From a virus, in IMG/VR virus record IMGVR_UViG_3300038443_002312, positions 51,674 to 115,673 of that record: a stretch of 64,000 nt of DNA; one strand, written 5' to 3'. The notes under the pieces are model-generated. The model was not told the origin of the DNA. It ran no database searches and saw only the letters and a list, made by a program, of their open reading frames with translations. Positions 37,540 through 46,410 of this stretch are shown here, in pieces. Position 1 is the stretch's first letter, and each line of letters begins with the position of its first letter. Made by a program: the position numbers and the translations under genes.

Positions 37540-37809
37540 CTAGTAACCGGCCATGCCGGTCGTATCTCGGCCGAGTCGGTTCAAGAGGTGATAGACCGCG
37601 TTCGCGGCATAGTTCGGTTGCATCCAAACGCCTTCCTCCAGGAAGCGTTCGGTAGCGTACAACTCCGGAAGGACGACCGTTTCCGGCTTCTCGCCGATTC
37701 GGATGTACAAGTCATTGCACCAGTCGGCAACCGTCGGCGCCGACCGTTCGTAGTATTCGGCAATCGCGGTTAGCTGCGCTTTGATGGACTCTATCCAGTG
37801 TTGCGCCAT
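37540..37809 (-). CDS. Small early hypothetical protein
   Basis: Start motif. Confidence 0.7.
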   Translation of the reverse strand: MAQHWIESIKAQLTAIAEYYERSAPTVADWCNDLYIRIGEKPETVVLPELYATERFLEEGVWMQPNYAANAVYHLLNRLGRDTTGMAGY

Positions 37810-37875
37810 GTGCGGACCTCGCGAGGATGGAACGAAGTCCGGCCGGTCCGCGGTGGCGGATTCCGGCCGGTGCGG

Positions 37876-38142
37876 TCATTCGTCGGCCTGGTCGTCCGGT
37901 TCGTCCGGTTCCACCAGGTCCGTTTCCGCGGTCTGATCAATCAGGACAAAAGAGGTGTCGTCGTCCGTGGCGCAAATGTGCAACTCGCCGGAACCGGTCC
38001 GCGAGTTGTACCGATAGGTAATCCGGATCGAAACACCTGAAACGGTGGCGCCGTCGGCCGTCCGGAACGGCAGGAAATCCACTACGGCGGAGCTGTCCGG
38101 CTGTTCGACCGTCAGTCGCGGACTCTTGCGGTCGTCTGGCAT
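37876..38142 (-). CDS. Small acidic early protein
   Basis: Start motif; acidic C-terminus. Confidence 0.7.
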   Translation of the reverse strand: MPDDRKSPRLTVEQPDSSAVVDFLPFRTADGATVSGVSIRITYRYNSRTGSGELHICATDDDTSFVLIDQTAETDLVEPDEPDDQADE

Positions 38143-38204
38143 GTGCGGACCTCGTGAGGAAGACAGGCGGACGCACCGGCCGGCGGCCGGACGCGTCCGA
38201 GGAC

Positions 38205-38492
38205 TCAGGCCACGCAATCGGCCGGAATCCGGAACTCGGACCGGAACGGCGCGTCGTCCAGGTCGGCCGACCAGTCAGACCGGCTGACGTCTCCGGCCTG
38301 GTTGCAGTGCGCGACGCGGACGGTCACACCGGCCGCGATCAGGCCGCGACAATACCATTCACAGTCACGAAATGAGCCTTGTACCAACCGCCGCGCGTGG
38401 CGGCCGGACGCCTTGAGGCGGTCGCCTTTGTTCACGGCAAACACGTTGGCGATGCCAACCTGGTAGACCAAATAGGCGGTGTGGACCGGCAT
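38205..38492 (-). CDS. Small early hypothetical protein
   Basis: Start motif; AYLVYQVGIANVF. Confidence 0.75.
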   Translation of the reverse strand: MPVHTAYLVYQVGIANVFAVNKGDRLKASGRHARRLVQGSFRDCEWYCRGLIAAGVTVRVAHCNQAGDVSRSDWSADLDDAPFRSEFRIPADCVA

Positions 38493-38560
38493 GACGGAAC
38501 CTCCGGAACGGAATCGAAAAAGGCGGCCGGCCGGCGGCGAGGCACGGTCGGCCGAGAAGA

Positions 38561-38764
38561 CTACTTGCGATACTGGCCGAGTTCGCACACCACTTGCCTA
38601 GTGTGATCGGTCAGGCTCGCTTTACACGTCGCTTTGGTTCCGGAGACGACCAGGACCGGCTGACCGTCACGCATTTCCATAAGCGCGAACTTGTGCGCGG
38701 CCGGAATGGTGCCGATGTTCTCGGACAGCCACCGCGCCGGAGAATTCGGAGCGCCGACAGGCAT
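38561..38764 (-). CDS. Small early hypothetical protein
   Basis: Start motif. Confidence 0.65.
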   Translation of the reverse strand: MPVGAPNSPARWLSENIGTIPAAHKFALMEMRDGQPVLVVSGTKATCKASLTDHTRQVVCELGQYRK

Positions 38765-38863
38765 AGCGAACACCTCGCGAGGATAGGACCAGTCGACCGG
38801 ACGGCAGTGAAGCCGGTCCGGCACAGGCGGCCGGCCGGCGGTGAAGCCGGTCCGGCCGAGAAC

Positions 38864-39403
38864 TCAGACGGCGGCCGCCATCAGGACCGCACCGGCCGCG
38901 GCACGTGCCGCGAGGTCGGTTTCGCGCCAGGACCACGGCGCCGCCTCCAATTCCGGCCACGGCTCGCGGCGCCACTGACGCGCGGCGCCGCTCCGGCACC
39001 AGGCCGCGTACTTCGCGGCCGGTTTGTGCCGCGCGTGGATTTCCTCGATCACGGCATCGCACAATTTCTTGGCGGCACACTCCGACCAGGCCGGATGCTC
39101 GCACGCCTGGTAGGCGTAACAGCGCGCGAGGTTGTACAGTTCGGCCGCGGTCGGCCGGTAGCCGCGGTCGGTCCACGTGTACGCTTCCAGGTGATCCGGC
39201 GATCCTGGCAGTTCGTCCGGCCGGTCGCGCGGATACCGGTAGGCCACGGACCGGACGTTCTCGGCCGCGAGCATCGCGCCGAGCGAGTCGCGGCCGATGA
39301 CGGCGCGGCGGTCGGCCGGCCGGATGATTCCGTCCGACGTGCCGTCGAGGATGCCGGTCACGAGTAGGTCAATGTGCACGTTGCTGACGACGAACGCACT
39401 CAC
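38864..39403 (-). CDS. Early hypothetical protein
   Basis: MSAFVVSNVHIDLLV...ENVRSV.YRY...CYAYQACEHPAW. Confidence 0.75.
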   Translation of the reverse strand: MSAFVVSNVHIDLLVTGILDGTSDGIIRPADRRAVIGRDSLGAMLAAENVRSVAYRYPRDRPDELPGSPDHLEAYTWTDRGYRPTAAELYNLARCYAYQACEHPAWSECAAKKLCDAVIEEIHARHKPAAKYAAWCRSGAARQWRREPWPELEAAPWSWRETDLAARAAAGAVLMAAAV

Positions 39404-39501
39404 GGCGGAGACCTCGCGGAACACCGGCCGCCGGACTGGCGGCCGGAAGCGGCCGGCGGCACTCCGGAGAGCGCCGCCGGCCCGGTTTTGGGCCGGCCGG
39501 T

Positions 39502-39912
39502 CTAGTTGTCCGAAACGACGTGCGCGAACGCCTCCGCCACGGCCGGCGGCCAACCGGACCACGTGGCGAGCGCCGCGAGGTCGGCCGGCTTACCGGACAG
39601 CGCGGCGCGGTAGGCCGCGTTCACCTCCGGAATCGAGCCGGTGAAGAACCGCGCTTTCTCGGACTGCCACGTGCGGCCGTCGGCGCCGGTATAGCTCGTG
39701 TGCGTCGGCACGTCCGGCGCGTCGAATACGACCACGGCGGCCGCGTGGCCGGACCTCTCCGGCCACGCGGCGATCGACCGGACGGCGGTGCCGTCGTCGG
39801 TCGGAACCACCAGGATCGTGGCGCCGTACCGCGCGTCCGGATTCTTCTGGCCGTAGATTTCTTTGACGGCGGCGCCGGTCGCCGTGGTCTTCTCGCGGAT
39901 GATCACTTTCAT
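39502..39912 (-). CDS. Early hypothetical protein
   Basis: 136 aa ORF. Confidence 0.7.
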   Translation of the reverse strand: MKVIIREKTTATGAAVKEIYGQKNPDARYGATILVVPTDDGTAVRSIAAWPERSGHAAAVVVFDAPDVPTHTSYTGADGRTWQSEKARFFTGSIPEVNAAYRAALSGKPADLAALATWSGWPPAVAEAFAHVVSDN

Positions 39913-40036
39913 CGGACGGACTCACCAGGAAGGAAAGGAACACCGGAACTGGAGGACTCCGCCACGTGGCGGAAGGCCGGACGGCCGGCCGGTAGGCCGG
40001 ACCGCCGGAAGTGCCGCCGGTCCGCTGGCGCCGTAG

Positions 40037-40252
40037 CTACGGCGCCGTTGGACCGGCCGGCCGATCGGACCTGGAGCCGTCGCCGGACTGGCTCTTTCTA
40101 GACCGATTGCGAGAGAAGAACGCGTTGATTTGCGCGAGCGACCGGCCGCCGTCGCTCTCCGGATGGTAGACGCCGGAACCGAAGCAGGCCGGACAGTCCG
40201 GATCGCCACAACACGGATACACCTGGTCGGCCGGTAGCGTCTGGTCGTCCAC
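40037..40252 (-). CDS. Small Cys-containing early protein
   Basis: Start motif with GTG; CCGDPDCPACFG. Confidence 0.55.
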   Translation of the reverse strand: MDDQTLPADQVYPCCGDPDCPACFGSGVYHPESDGGRSLAQINAFFSRNRSRKSQSGDGSRSDRPAGPTAP

Positions 40253-40291
40253 GTGCGGACCTCGCGAGGAAGGAAGGACCGGCCGGCGCGA

Positions 40292-40558
40292 CTACTTAGC
40301 GCCGCGCGTCCGGTCCAGGAGCTTCAAGGCCGTGTCGATCATGCGCGCCGTCGGCATCGCGCGGTATCGCGCCTGATTGTCCGCGCCTAGCTTGTCGTGG
40401 ACACCGACCACCAGGCCGGCCGTTGTCAGGTCCACCGTGATACCGTCGATTTTCGCGTAACTCTTGCGGTCCACAACCGACCGGAACGCGGCCACGCGCT
40501 CCTCTCCGGTCGCGCACGTATGGACCGGCGTTCCGCCGGTCCGCTTGACGGTTGACAT
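40292..40558 (-). CDS. Small early hypothetical protein
   Basis: Start motif; YAKIDGITVDLTTA. Confidence 0.7.
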   Translation of the reverse strand: MSTVKRTGGTPVHTCATGEERVAAFRSVVDRKSYAKIDGITVDLTTAGLVVGVHDKLGADNQARYRAMPTARMIDTALKLLDRTRGAK

Positions 40559-40625
40559 GTGTTCACCTCGCGAGGAAGGAAGCCAGGACCGGCCGGCGGA
40601 CTTCTCCGCCGGCCGGCCGGTCCGG

Positions 40626-42002
40626 TCAGTTCCGGACGGCCGCCGTGGCCAGCTGGTACGCGGTCTGTTTGATGTCGTCTCCGGCGCCGGAGATGACGCT
40701 TTCGAACCGCGCCGACCGCTTGGCTTCCTCGGACCTCGCACGGCTCTTGCCGCCGAGTTTGCCGTGGTCCACCGATTCGGTTACCGCGTTGAACGCGGAC
40801 CAGGCCGAACCGCGGATGCCGCCGACGCCGTTGGTGTCGGAGTGGTAGCGGTCGAGCACGTCCTCTAGCAGTTCCTTCCGGTGCTTGGCTTCCGCCTCCA
40901 ACCGCTTCTTTTCGTACTCCTGCTCCGCACGCGTCACCTTCAGAGTTCGCGCCACCGCGTCAATGCCGGTTTCGAGCTGCGCCGCCGTGATGTCGCACAC
41001 CGAATCGAGTAGGCCGTTGAAGTAGGCCAGCGGTTCCATCGGCGTTCGCGCCATCACTTCGGCCGACTCGCGGAACTCCTCGAACTCCTCCACCGCGAGG
41101 CCGAGCGCTTCGGCGGCCGCCTTGCGCTTCGCCTGGAGGTTGCCGGTGTGGCGGATCGTAATGCCTTTTGACCGGTCATCCTTGTCGGCCATCCGCAGCG
41201 TGTTCGCGCAGACCACGCGGTGCGCCGTCGGAAAGCACTTCGCAGCCTCCGTGCCGTCGTGCGCGTTCGTGAACAGCGCGAACGGCTTGATTTCGTCTCC
41301 GGCCGTGACACGGAACGCCTGCTTTGGCAGGTGTACCAGCATCCACACTTTCTTGCCGCCGTGGATCGCGCCGGCGGTTTCGTACCTGGCGCCGAACCGC
41401 TCTAACAGGCCGTCAAGGAACTTGAACGCGTCCTCGTTCTGGAACGGTTGGTACCGGCCGCCGACCGAACCGAGATAGGCGCCGGTGTCGTCGCGGCTGA
41501 TCGCGAACGTGTCCGGCGCCTGGATGACCTCGCCGCGCGCGTTGGTGAACGTCATGTCTCGCTTGCTCACCTTCCAGTTCAGGCCGGCGAGCGTGATTGC
41601 GTCGGTGGACGTTACCGCCGACTCGACGTTCACGCCGAGACCGTGCCACGGCGCCGCACCGGCCACCATCACCGATATCCGGCCACCGGACGTGTCCAGG
41701 CCGGCGCGGCGGATGGCGGCCGACATGATGACGGCGCGGTCATTCTCCGGTAGCGCCATCACCAGCGGATGGATTCGCGCCTGATAGACCGCGTCGGACT
41801 CGCCGGACTTCCGGCGCAGTTCCTGGTACGCGCCGCACCGGATCATTTCGCCAGGATCGGACAGACCGGCGACGTAGTTGATGCTGGTGATGTCGCGGTT
41901 GGCCGTGATGATCCGCGGCCCGGAGGCGGCCGGACCGGACGCCGGTTCGGACGTGCGGCCGGCGACGGTCGCGGCGAGCGCGGCGTTAATGAGATCGGAC
42001 AT
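40626..42002 (-). CDS. DUF932/TIGR03299-like phage/plasmid protein
   Basis: PWHGLG, AGLNWKV, YQPFQNEDAF, YETAGAIHGGKKVW, NAHDG, RVVCANTL, IRHTG, AWSAFNAVTE. Confidence 0.88.
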   Translation of the reverse strand: MSDLINAALAATVAGRTSEPASGPAASGPRIITANRDITSINYVAGLSDPGEMIRCGAYQELRRKSGESDAVYQARIHPLVMALPENDRAVIMSAAIRRAGLDTSGGRISVMVAGAAPWHGLGVNVESAVTSTDAITLAGLNWKVSKRDMTFTNARGEVIQAPDTFAISRDDTGAYLGSVGGRYQPFQNEDAFKFLDGLLERFGARYETAGAIHGGKKVWMLVHLPKQAFRVTAGDEIKPFALFTNAHDGTEAAKCFPTAHRVVCANTLRMADKDDRSKGITIRHTGNLQAKRKAAAEALGLAVEEFEEFRESAEVMARTPMEPLAYFNGLLDSVCDITAAQLETGIDAVARTLKVTRAEQEYEKKRLEAEAKHRKELLEDVLDRYHSDTNGVGGIRGSAWSAFNAVTESVDHGKLGGKSRARSEEAKRSARFESVISGAGDDIKQTAYQLATAAVRN

Positions 42003-42166
42003 TGTGGAACCTCCGGATAAGGACCGGCCGGCCGGTCCGCGGCACCACGCCACGGTTACCGGCCGGCCGAGTGAGGCGACCGGCGATTAGGCCGGTCGCG
42101 ACCTCGCGAGGAAGGATACAGGCGACGGACCGACCGGCCGGCCGGCCGGCCGAGTCCGCCGAGTGG

Positions 42167-42430
42167 TCAGACCGCGACCTCGCGCAACCGAGCGTACAGG
42201 TTGCGGAGTTGTCGGCGGTATTGCGTCTCGTTCGGCCGGACGTCCGGCGAGCGGACGGACCGGAAGCCGCCGTACTCCATCGTCCAATCGGCGAACGCGC
42301 GGACCATGCCGTCCGCGTGCGCCAGGTACACTTTCGGCCGGTCTTTCAGGTCCTGGACCAGGTGTTGCATTTCGTCAAGGTCTTGGTTCGCGTAGGTGTG
42401 GACACGCGTAACCGGAATCGCGGTGAGCAT
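42167..42430 (-). CDS. Small early hypothetical protein
   Basis: Start motif. Confidence 0.65.
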   Translation of the reverse strand: MLTAIPVTRVHTYANQDLDEMQHLVQDLKDRPKVYLAHADGMVRAFADWTMEYGGFRSVRSPDVRPNETQYRRQLRNLYARLREVAV

Positions 42431-42509
42431 CGGTAGACCTCCGGAGGAGCGAGCAAGGCGGCCGGTCCGCCGGACTGGCGGAGTCGGCCGAGTGCCAACC
42501 GGTTGGCAG

Positions 42510-42719
42510 TTACCGCACGTGCTCCAGAGTGCAGAGCACCGGCGGAGTTCCGAGGACCACGGCGGCCGATATGCTCTGACACTCGATCCATTCGTCCGAG
42601 TGCCACGGCTGCACTCGGATCGTTCCGTCCGAGTGCCGGAGGACCGGCCGGCCGTTGTCCAGTGTGTGCACGATTTCCATGACGTTCACCTCAGTATCCG
42701 AGGACTCGAAACCGGACAT
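42510..42719 (-). CDS. Small early hypothetical protein
   Basis: Start motif; alternative start at 42680. Confidence 0.55.
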   Translation of the reverse strand: MSGFESSDTEVNVMEIVHTLDNGRPVLRHSDGTIRVQPWHSDEWIECQSISAAVVLGTPPVLCTLEHVR

Positions 42720-42841
42720 AGGCTAGGACCTCCGGAAGCGTCACATAGCGGAACACTAGCACGGCCGAATCCTCCGGCGGACCGGCCGCACCAGGCGACC
42801 GCGAGCGGACCGGCCGGCCGGTAAGCCGAACCGGACCAGGT

Positions 42842-43108
42842 TCACACCTCTTTCGCTTCCGACCGGCCGACGTTCTTCCAGGATTGCACGTCTAGAATGC
42901 AGTCGCGCGACCGTTCCGACGGCGGATAGATGCGGAAGAGGCGGCCGGAATACGGATGCTCAAACATGCCGTCCTTCACCGTGGCCACGAAATCGTCGCG
43001 GTGGAAGTAGGCCGAACCGGTCACCTGGTTGTTGGCGATTTCGAACGTGACCGTGATATCGCGCCGCTCCGGCGCCGTGATACCGTCGTCGAACCGAACT
43101 ACCAGCAT
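42842..43108 (-). CDS. Small early hypothetical protein
   Basis: Start motif. Confidence 0.7.
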   Translation of the reverse strand: MLVVRFDDGITAPERRDITVTFEIANNQVTGSAYFHRDDFVATVKDGMFEHPYSGRLFRIYPPSERSRDCILDVQSWKNVGRSEAKEV

Positions 43109-43169
43109 GGCGGAACCTCGCGAGGAAGGAAGGCGGCCGGCCGGCGGTGAGGCACGGTCGGCCGATTGG

Positions 43170-43364
43170 TCAGTTAACCGCCTTATAGCAGTTGCACGGA
43201 AACTGATGAGCGATCCGGTTTAACCGGTCGTACTCCGCCTCTCCGACCAGGCGGACCAGGCCGGCGGCCGAAATCGTGTCAGACGTGCCGTCGGAGAACT
43301 TCACCGAAAAACCGGACCAGGACCAGGACCAGAGGATATGCGTAACCGTCGGAGTGGTCGGCAT
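43170..43364 (-). CDS. Small early hypothetical protein
   Basis: Start motif. Confidence 0.65.
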   Translation of the reverse strand: MPTTPTVTHILWSWSWSGFSVKFSDGTSDTISAAGLVRLVGEAEYDRLNRIAHQFPCNCYKAVN

Positions 43365-43429
43365 GGCGTACACCTCGCGAGGAAGGAACGAAAGCGGACC
43401 GGCCGGCGGCGAAGCCGGACCGGACCAGG

Positions 43430-43609
43430 TTAATCAATCGGAACGACCTCGGTTTCCGCTCTCCAGTGTTTCCGGTAGAACGCCGATAGCTCGTTTGCTT
43501 TGTCGGCATCGAACCGGACTGCCGTTTCGCTGTTGCCGATCCGCTCGCCTCTCTCGTGAATGAACCACGTCTGTCCTTCAGCAGTCACTTTTACGATGAA
43601 CTGTCGCAT
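43430..43609 (-). CDS. 59 aa protein absent from the ORF track (first gene of the leftward operon)
   Basis: Manual translation MRQFIVKVTAEGQTWFIHERGERIGNSETAVRFDADKANELSAFYRKHWRAETEVVPID. Confidence 0.55.
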   Translation of the reverse strand: MRQFIVKVTAEGQTWFIHERGERIGNSETAVRFDADKANELSAFYRKHWRAETEVVPID

Positions 43610-43645
43610 GAAACGGACTCTTTAGAGTGAAGGAATACAGGAAAG

Positions 43646-43711
43646 GCATCCGTTCCGGAATCGAACCGGACCGGCGGCCGAAACCGCCGGAGCGCCAACC
43701 GCTCGGATTGC
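43646..43711 (-). ncRNA. tRNA-like cloverleaf with UUCG tetraloop in place of the anticodon loop
   Basis: T-arm TCCGG-TTCGATT-CCGGA, closing stem GCAATCCG/CGGATGC, D-like arm AGCG/CGCT. Confidence 0.55.
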
Positions 43712-44070
43712 TCGCAAGCGAGCGTGCCAGACAGGCGACTCACCGGCCGCCTGTCTTGTGTTGTGGACGTCGTATCCGGCCTGTGGCGCCGGACAGCGGA
43801 CTAGAGGTTACACACCTGATTTGCCACCGCACGTGATTCCGCAGACTCTTTCCGGACCTGTGCGAGCGTCCGGCCAACCGACCGGTTTCGAGCAACGCGG
43901 CACACCTCTACCGGCTCTTGTGAGCCGTCTTAGTGTGTTCCACAACCGGCGGACCTGTGCGAGTGGTTTCGAGATGTCAAAGATCGGCGTGCCGACTGGC
44001 GGTTACCGCGTGCGGCCTACTCGGCCGGTCCTGTCATTCCGACCAGGCCGTTCGCCGCACCGGTGTAGAG

Positions 44071-44130
44071 GAGTTTATACTAAACTCTCTCTCTCGTGTC
44101 AACCGGTCCTGCCAATTTTTTGTCAGGCCG
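44071..44130 (-). promoter_or_regulatory. Leftward sigma-70 promoter TTGACA-17-TATAAA with A-tract palindrome upstream and operator over the -10
   Basis: Minus strand reads TGACAAAAAATTGGCAGGACCGGTTGACA...GAGTTTAGTATAAACTC. Confidence 0.8.
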
Positions 44131-44449
44131 GTTTGTCGCGGCCGGCCGGTTTGCGGACGGCCGGCCGCGGCGAGAGAAGACAAAGCACGGCGCGTGCCGT
44201 TCGGCCGAATCTTGCCAATAAATTGTCGGACCGGCCGGTTTCGCGTTATACGCTCGTCTGGCGGCCGACCGGCCGCGGCCGCAGCTGACCACGGTCCGCG
44301 GCCGACCGGACGCCACGCGTGCGTTAAACGCGTCCGCCGCCGGTTCACCGCCGGCGCGAATTCCGGCGGCCGAAACCGTGGCCGCCGGACGACCAGGACC
44401 GTGTACTAAATCTGTACAGAGTGACAGCCGGACGACCAGGCGGCCGGCC

Positions 44450-44508
44450 GGTTGCCAAAAAATTGTCAGGACCGGTTGATTTCCGGACGGCACCAGTTTA
44501 GACTAAAC
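44450..44508 (+). promoter_or_regulatory. Rightward sigma-70 promoter TTGATT-17-TAGACT with operator GTTTAGACTAAAC
   Basis: TGCCAAAAAATTGTCAGGACCGGTTGATT mirrors the leftward promoter. Confidence 0.75.
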
Positions 44509-44556
44509 AACCGGCCGGCGGACGGTCCGCCGGTGCATGTAGGTGAGGACTCGCAA

Positions 44557-44796
44557 ATGGCCAGATGGTTCCGCTGCGAGAGTCCGGAGGAGCTTGCGAA
44601 GCGCCGCAAGGCGCTCCGCCGGTTCCGGACGCAAAAGGAAGTGGACCGCGAGGTTGACCGGCTGATCGCGCTCGAATTGAGACACGAGGACATCCGCGAC
44701 AGCCTTCCGCATGAGTCGCCGGAATACTGGAAGGCGCACGATACCGCCGTCAAGTACCGCGAGCGTGCGCGGCTACTCATGCCACCAGGAAGCTAA
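44557..44796 (+). CDS. Small early hypothetical protein
   Basis: GAGG SD; MARWFRCES... Confidence 0.65.
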   Translation: MARWFRCESPEELAKRRKALRRFRTQKEVDREVDRLIALELRHEDIRDSLPHESPEYWKAHDTAVKYRERARLLMPPGS

Positions 44797-44833
44797 TCGG
44801 CCGAAACCACGGAAACCGGGCCGGAGACACGAA

Positions 44834-45250
44834 ATGAACCTGCCGGACAAAATCACCGAACGCGTCCGAGCGTGGCCGCACTGGTCACGCGCCGAGCGCC
44901 GCCGGTTGGATGAGATTACCGACGAAATCCTGGGCCACTGCGCGAACGGCACCGGTAACCGGTTCGTCCGCGAGTGGTGTAGCCGCGTGCTCGCGGACCT
45001 CTTCCGCGCGGCCGGCGGACCGGAGATTCCGCCGGCCGACCGGATTCCGACGCGCGAGAATGAGGAAGTCTCGTTCGCCGCGCACGGCCGGACGTTCGTG
45101 GTCAAGAAGTTGTACGGCGCCGTCTGGTTCCTGAAAGCGACGGACCAGACGCGCGGCCGGTTCGGCGACAAACAGCAAATTCGCGAGGATATCGAGCATG
45201 CAACCGAATTCGGAGTCCTGCCGAGTGCCACCGGCGCCGGCATCTACTGA
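44834..45250 (+). CDS. Early hypothetical protein
   Basis: MNLPDKITERVRAW... Confidence 0.65.
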   Translation: MNLPDKITERVRAWPHWSRAERRRLDEITDEILGHCANGTGNRFVREWCSRVLADLFRAAGGPEIPPADRIPTRENEEVSFAAHGRTFVVKKLYGAVWFLKATDQTRGRFGDKQQIREDIEHATEFGVLPSATGAGIY

Positions 45251-45635
45251 CGAACCGGTCGTTCTCACTCGCGGCGACGGCCGGACGCTTCCGGCCGTGG
45301 TCCTGGTGGCCGAGAACGGCAAACCGGATGTGTACCTGGTCGCGGCGCTGCCGTGCGACCAGGCCGGACACCAGTTTTTCGAGCTGATCGGCTACCGGCC
45401 GAAAGATGCCGGTTATGAGTCCGGAGTCCGCCGGTATCACACGATGGTAGCGGAACCGACGGCGGACCGACCGGCGGCCGGCTTGTGCGACTGCGCGTGC
45501 GGCACGTACGGCCACCGCGCCGGCTCCGACCGGACACCGACCGGTAAACCGTGCCGCCACGTGCGATTTCTTTCCGCTCTCTGGTCGCGAGGTGAGTTGC
45601 CGTGTCTACCGCAACCGAAACGATCCGCTCGGTAG
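45198..45635 (+). CDS. SWIM-type Zn-finger protein
   Basis: CDC..GTY...PCRHV. Confidence 0.65.
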   Translation: MQPNSESCRVPPAPASTDEPVVLTRGDGRTLPAVVLVAENGKPDVYLVAALPCDQAGHQFFELIGYRPKDAGYESGVRRYHTMVAEPTADRPAAGLCDCACGTYGHRAGSDRTPTGKPCRHVRFLSALWSRGELPCLPQPKRSAR

Positions 45636-45934
45636 TCGGATTCTGGAAGCTTTATCCGGAACACGGCTTGCCGGCCGAAATCGAGGTCCAAGACTGGAGT
45701 CCGGTTCCGGAACCGCTCCGCGGCCGGCGCGACTCTCGTATCGTCGTCGTCATCACGTTCGGCGTCTACGATCCGCCGTCGAACACGTGGCAACCGGCGT
45801 TCCTGTGCGAGTGTGACGACCGGACGGAAGCCAACCGCGTAGCCGGTCAGTGGACCAGGTTTGTCGATCGTCTCTGGCAAGAATTGCCGTCGCGCCACGA
45901 CATCGCGGCGCGGAAAACCGTCCGTCTCACCTAA
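45602..45934 (+). CDS. Early hypothetical protein
   Basis: GCGAGGT SD upstream of GTG. Confidence 0.6.
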   Translation: MSTATETIRSVVGFWKLYPEHGLPAEIEVQDWSPVPEPLRGRRDSRIVVVITFGVYDPPSNTWQPAFLCECDDRTEANRVAGQWTRFVDRLWQELPSRHDIAARKTVRLT

Positions 45935-45948
45935 CCGCGAGGTCCGCT

Positions 45949-46410
45949 ATGAACGCCAAACCGCCAGTCCTGCCGATCGCCGTGGCCGCGCCGCCGGACG
46001 TCCGGCCGGCCGCCGGAGACACGGTTCTATCCGTGCGCCAGCCGTTCGCCTGGCTCATCGTCCACGGCTTCAAGCCGTATGAGAACCGATCCTGGAATAC
46101 CAACTTCCGCGGCCGGTTGTGGATTCACGCGTCCACCAGGCGGCCGGCTATCTCCGACGATGAGGTTCGCGAGGAATTGAGCATGACGTACGGTCTTCCG
46201 CCGGACCTCGCGGCCGCCTACCGGCCGGTGTACGGCGCCATCATCGGCGCCGCGACCGTGGCGGAAGTGTTCTTCGGCCACAGCGTGCCGCGGCGCGATC
46301 TCGGTAACGTCCACGTGGACGAATCCGATTACCACTGGCTTCTCGAAAATCCGGCCGTCCTCCGGACGCCGGTGGTGATGACCGGCCGCGTCGGACTGTT
46401 CAAGGTGTGA
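45949..46410 (+). CDS. ASCH domain protein
   Basis: LSVRQPFAWLIVHGFKPYENRSW...RGRLWIHAS; GAIIG. Confidence 0.9.
   Translation: MNAKPPVLPIAVAAPPDVRPAAGDTVLSVRQPFAWLIVHGFKPYENRSWNTNFRGRLWIHASTRRPAISDDEVREELSMTYGLPPDLAAAYRPVYGAIIGAATVAEVFFGHSVPRRDLGNVHVDESDYHWLLENPAVLRTPVVMTGRVGLFKV

Larger units (their letters stand above)
36853..43385 (-). repeat. Start-associated repeat (T)CCTCGCGAGGTCCGCACATG with upstream GGCCGGCC hairpins, ~15 copies
   Basis: Near 36853, 37163, 37473, 37807, 38140, 38490, 38762, 39401, 40250, 40556, 42000, 42100, 42428, 42717, 43106, 43362. Confidence 0.85.

Noticed and set aside
36853-43385. CRISPR array or integron interpretation of the repeated motif
   Set aside because: Units are separated by whole genes, repeats are degenerate and contain the SD; no cas genes, integron integrase or attC GTTRRRY/RYYYAAC structure seen
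43646-43711. Bona fide tRNA gene
   Set aside because: No 7 nt anticodon loop, bulged acceptor stem, no CCA; kept only as a tRNA-like element
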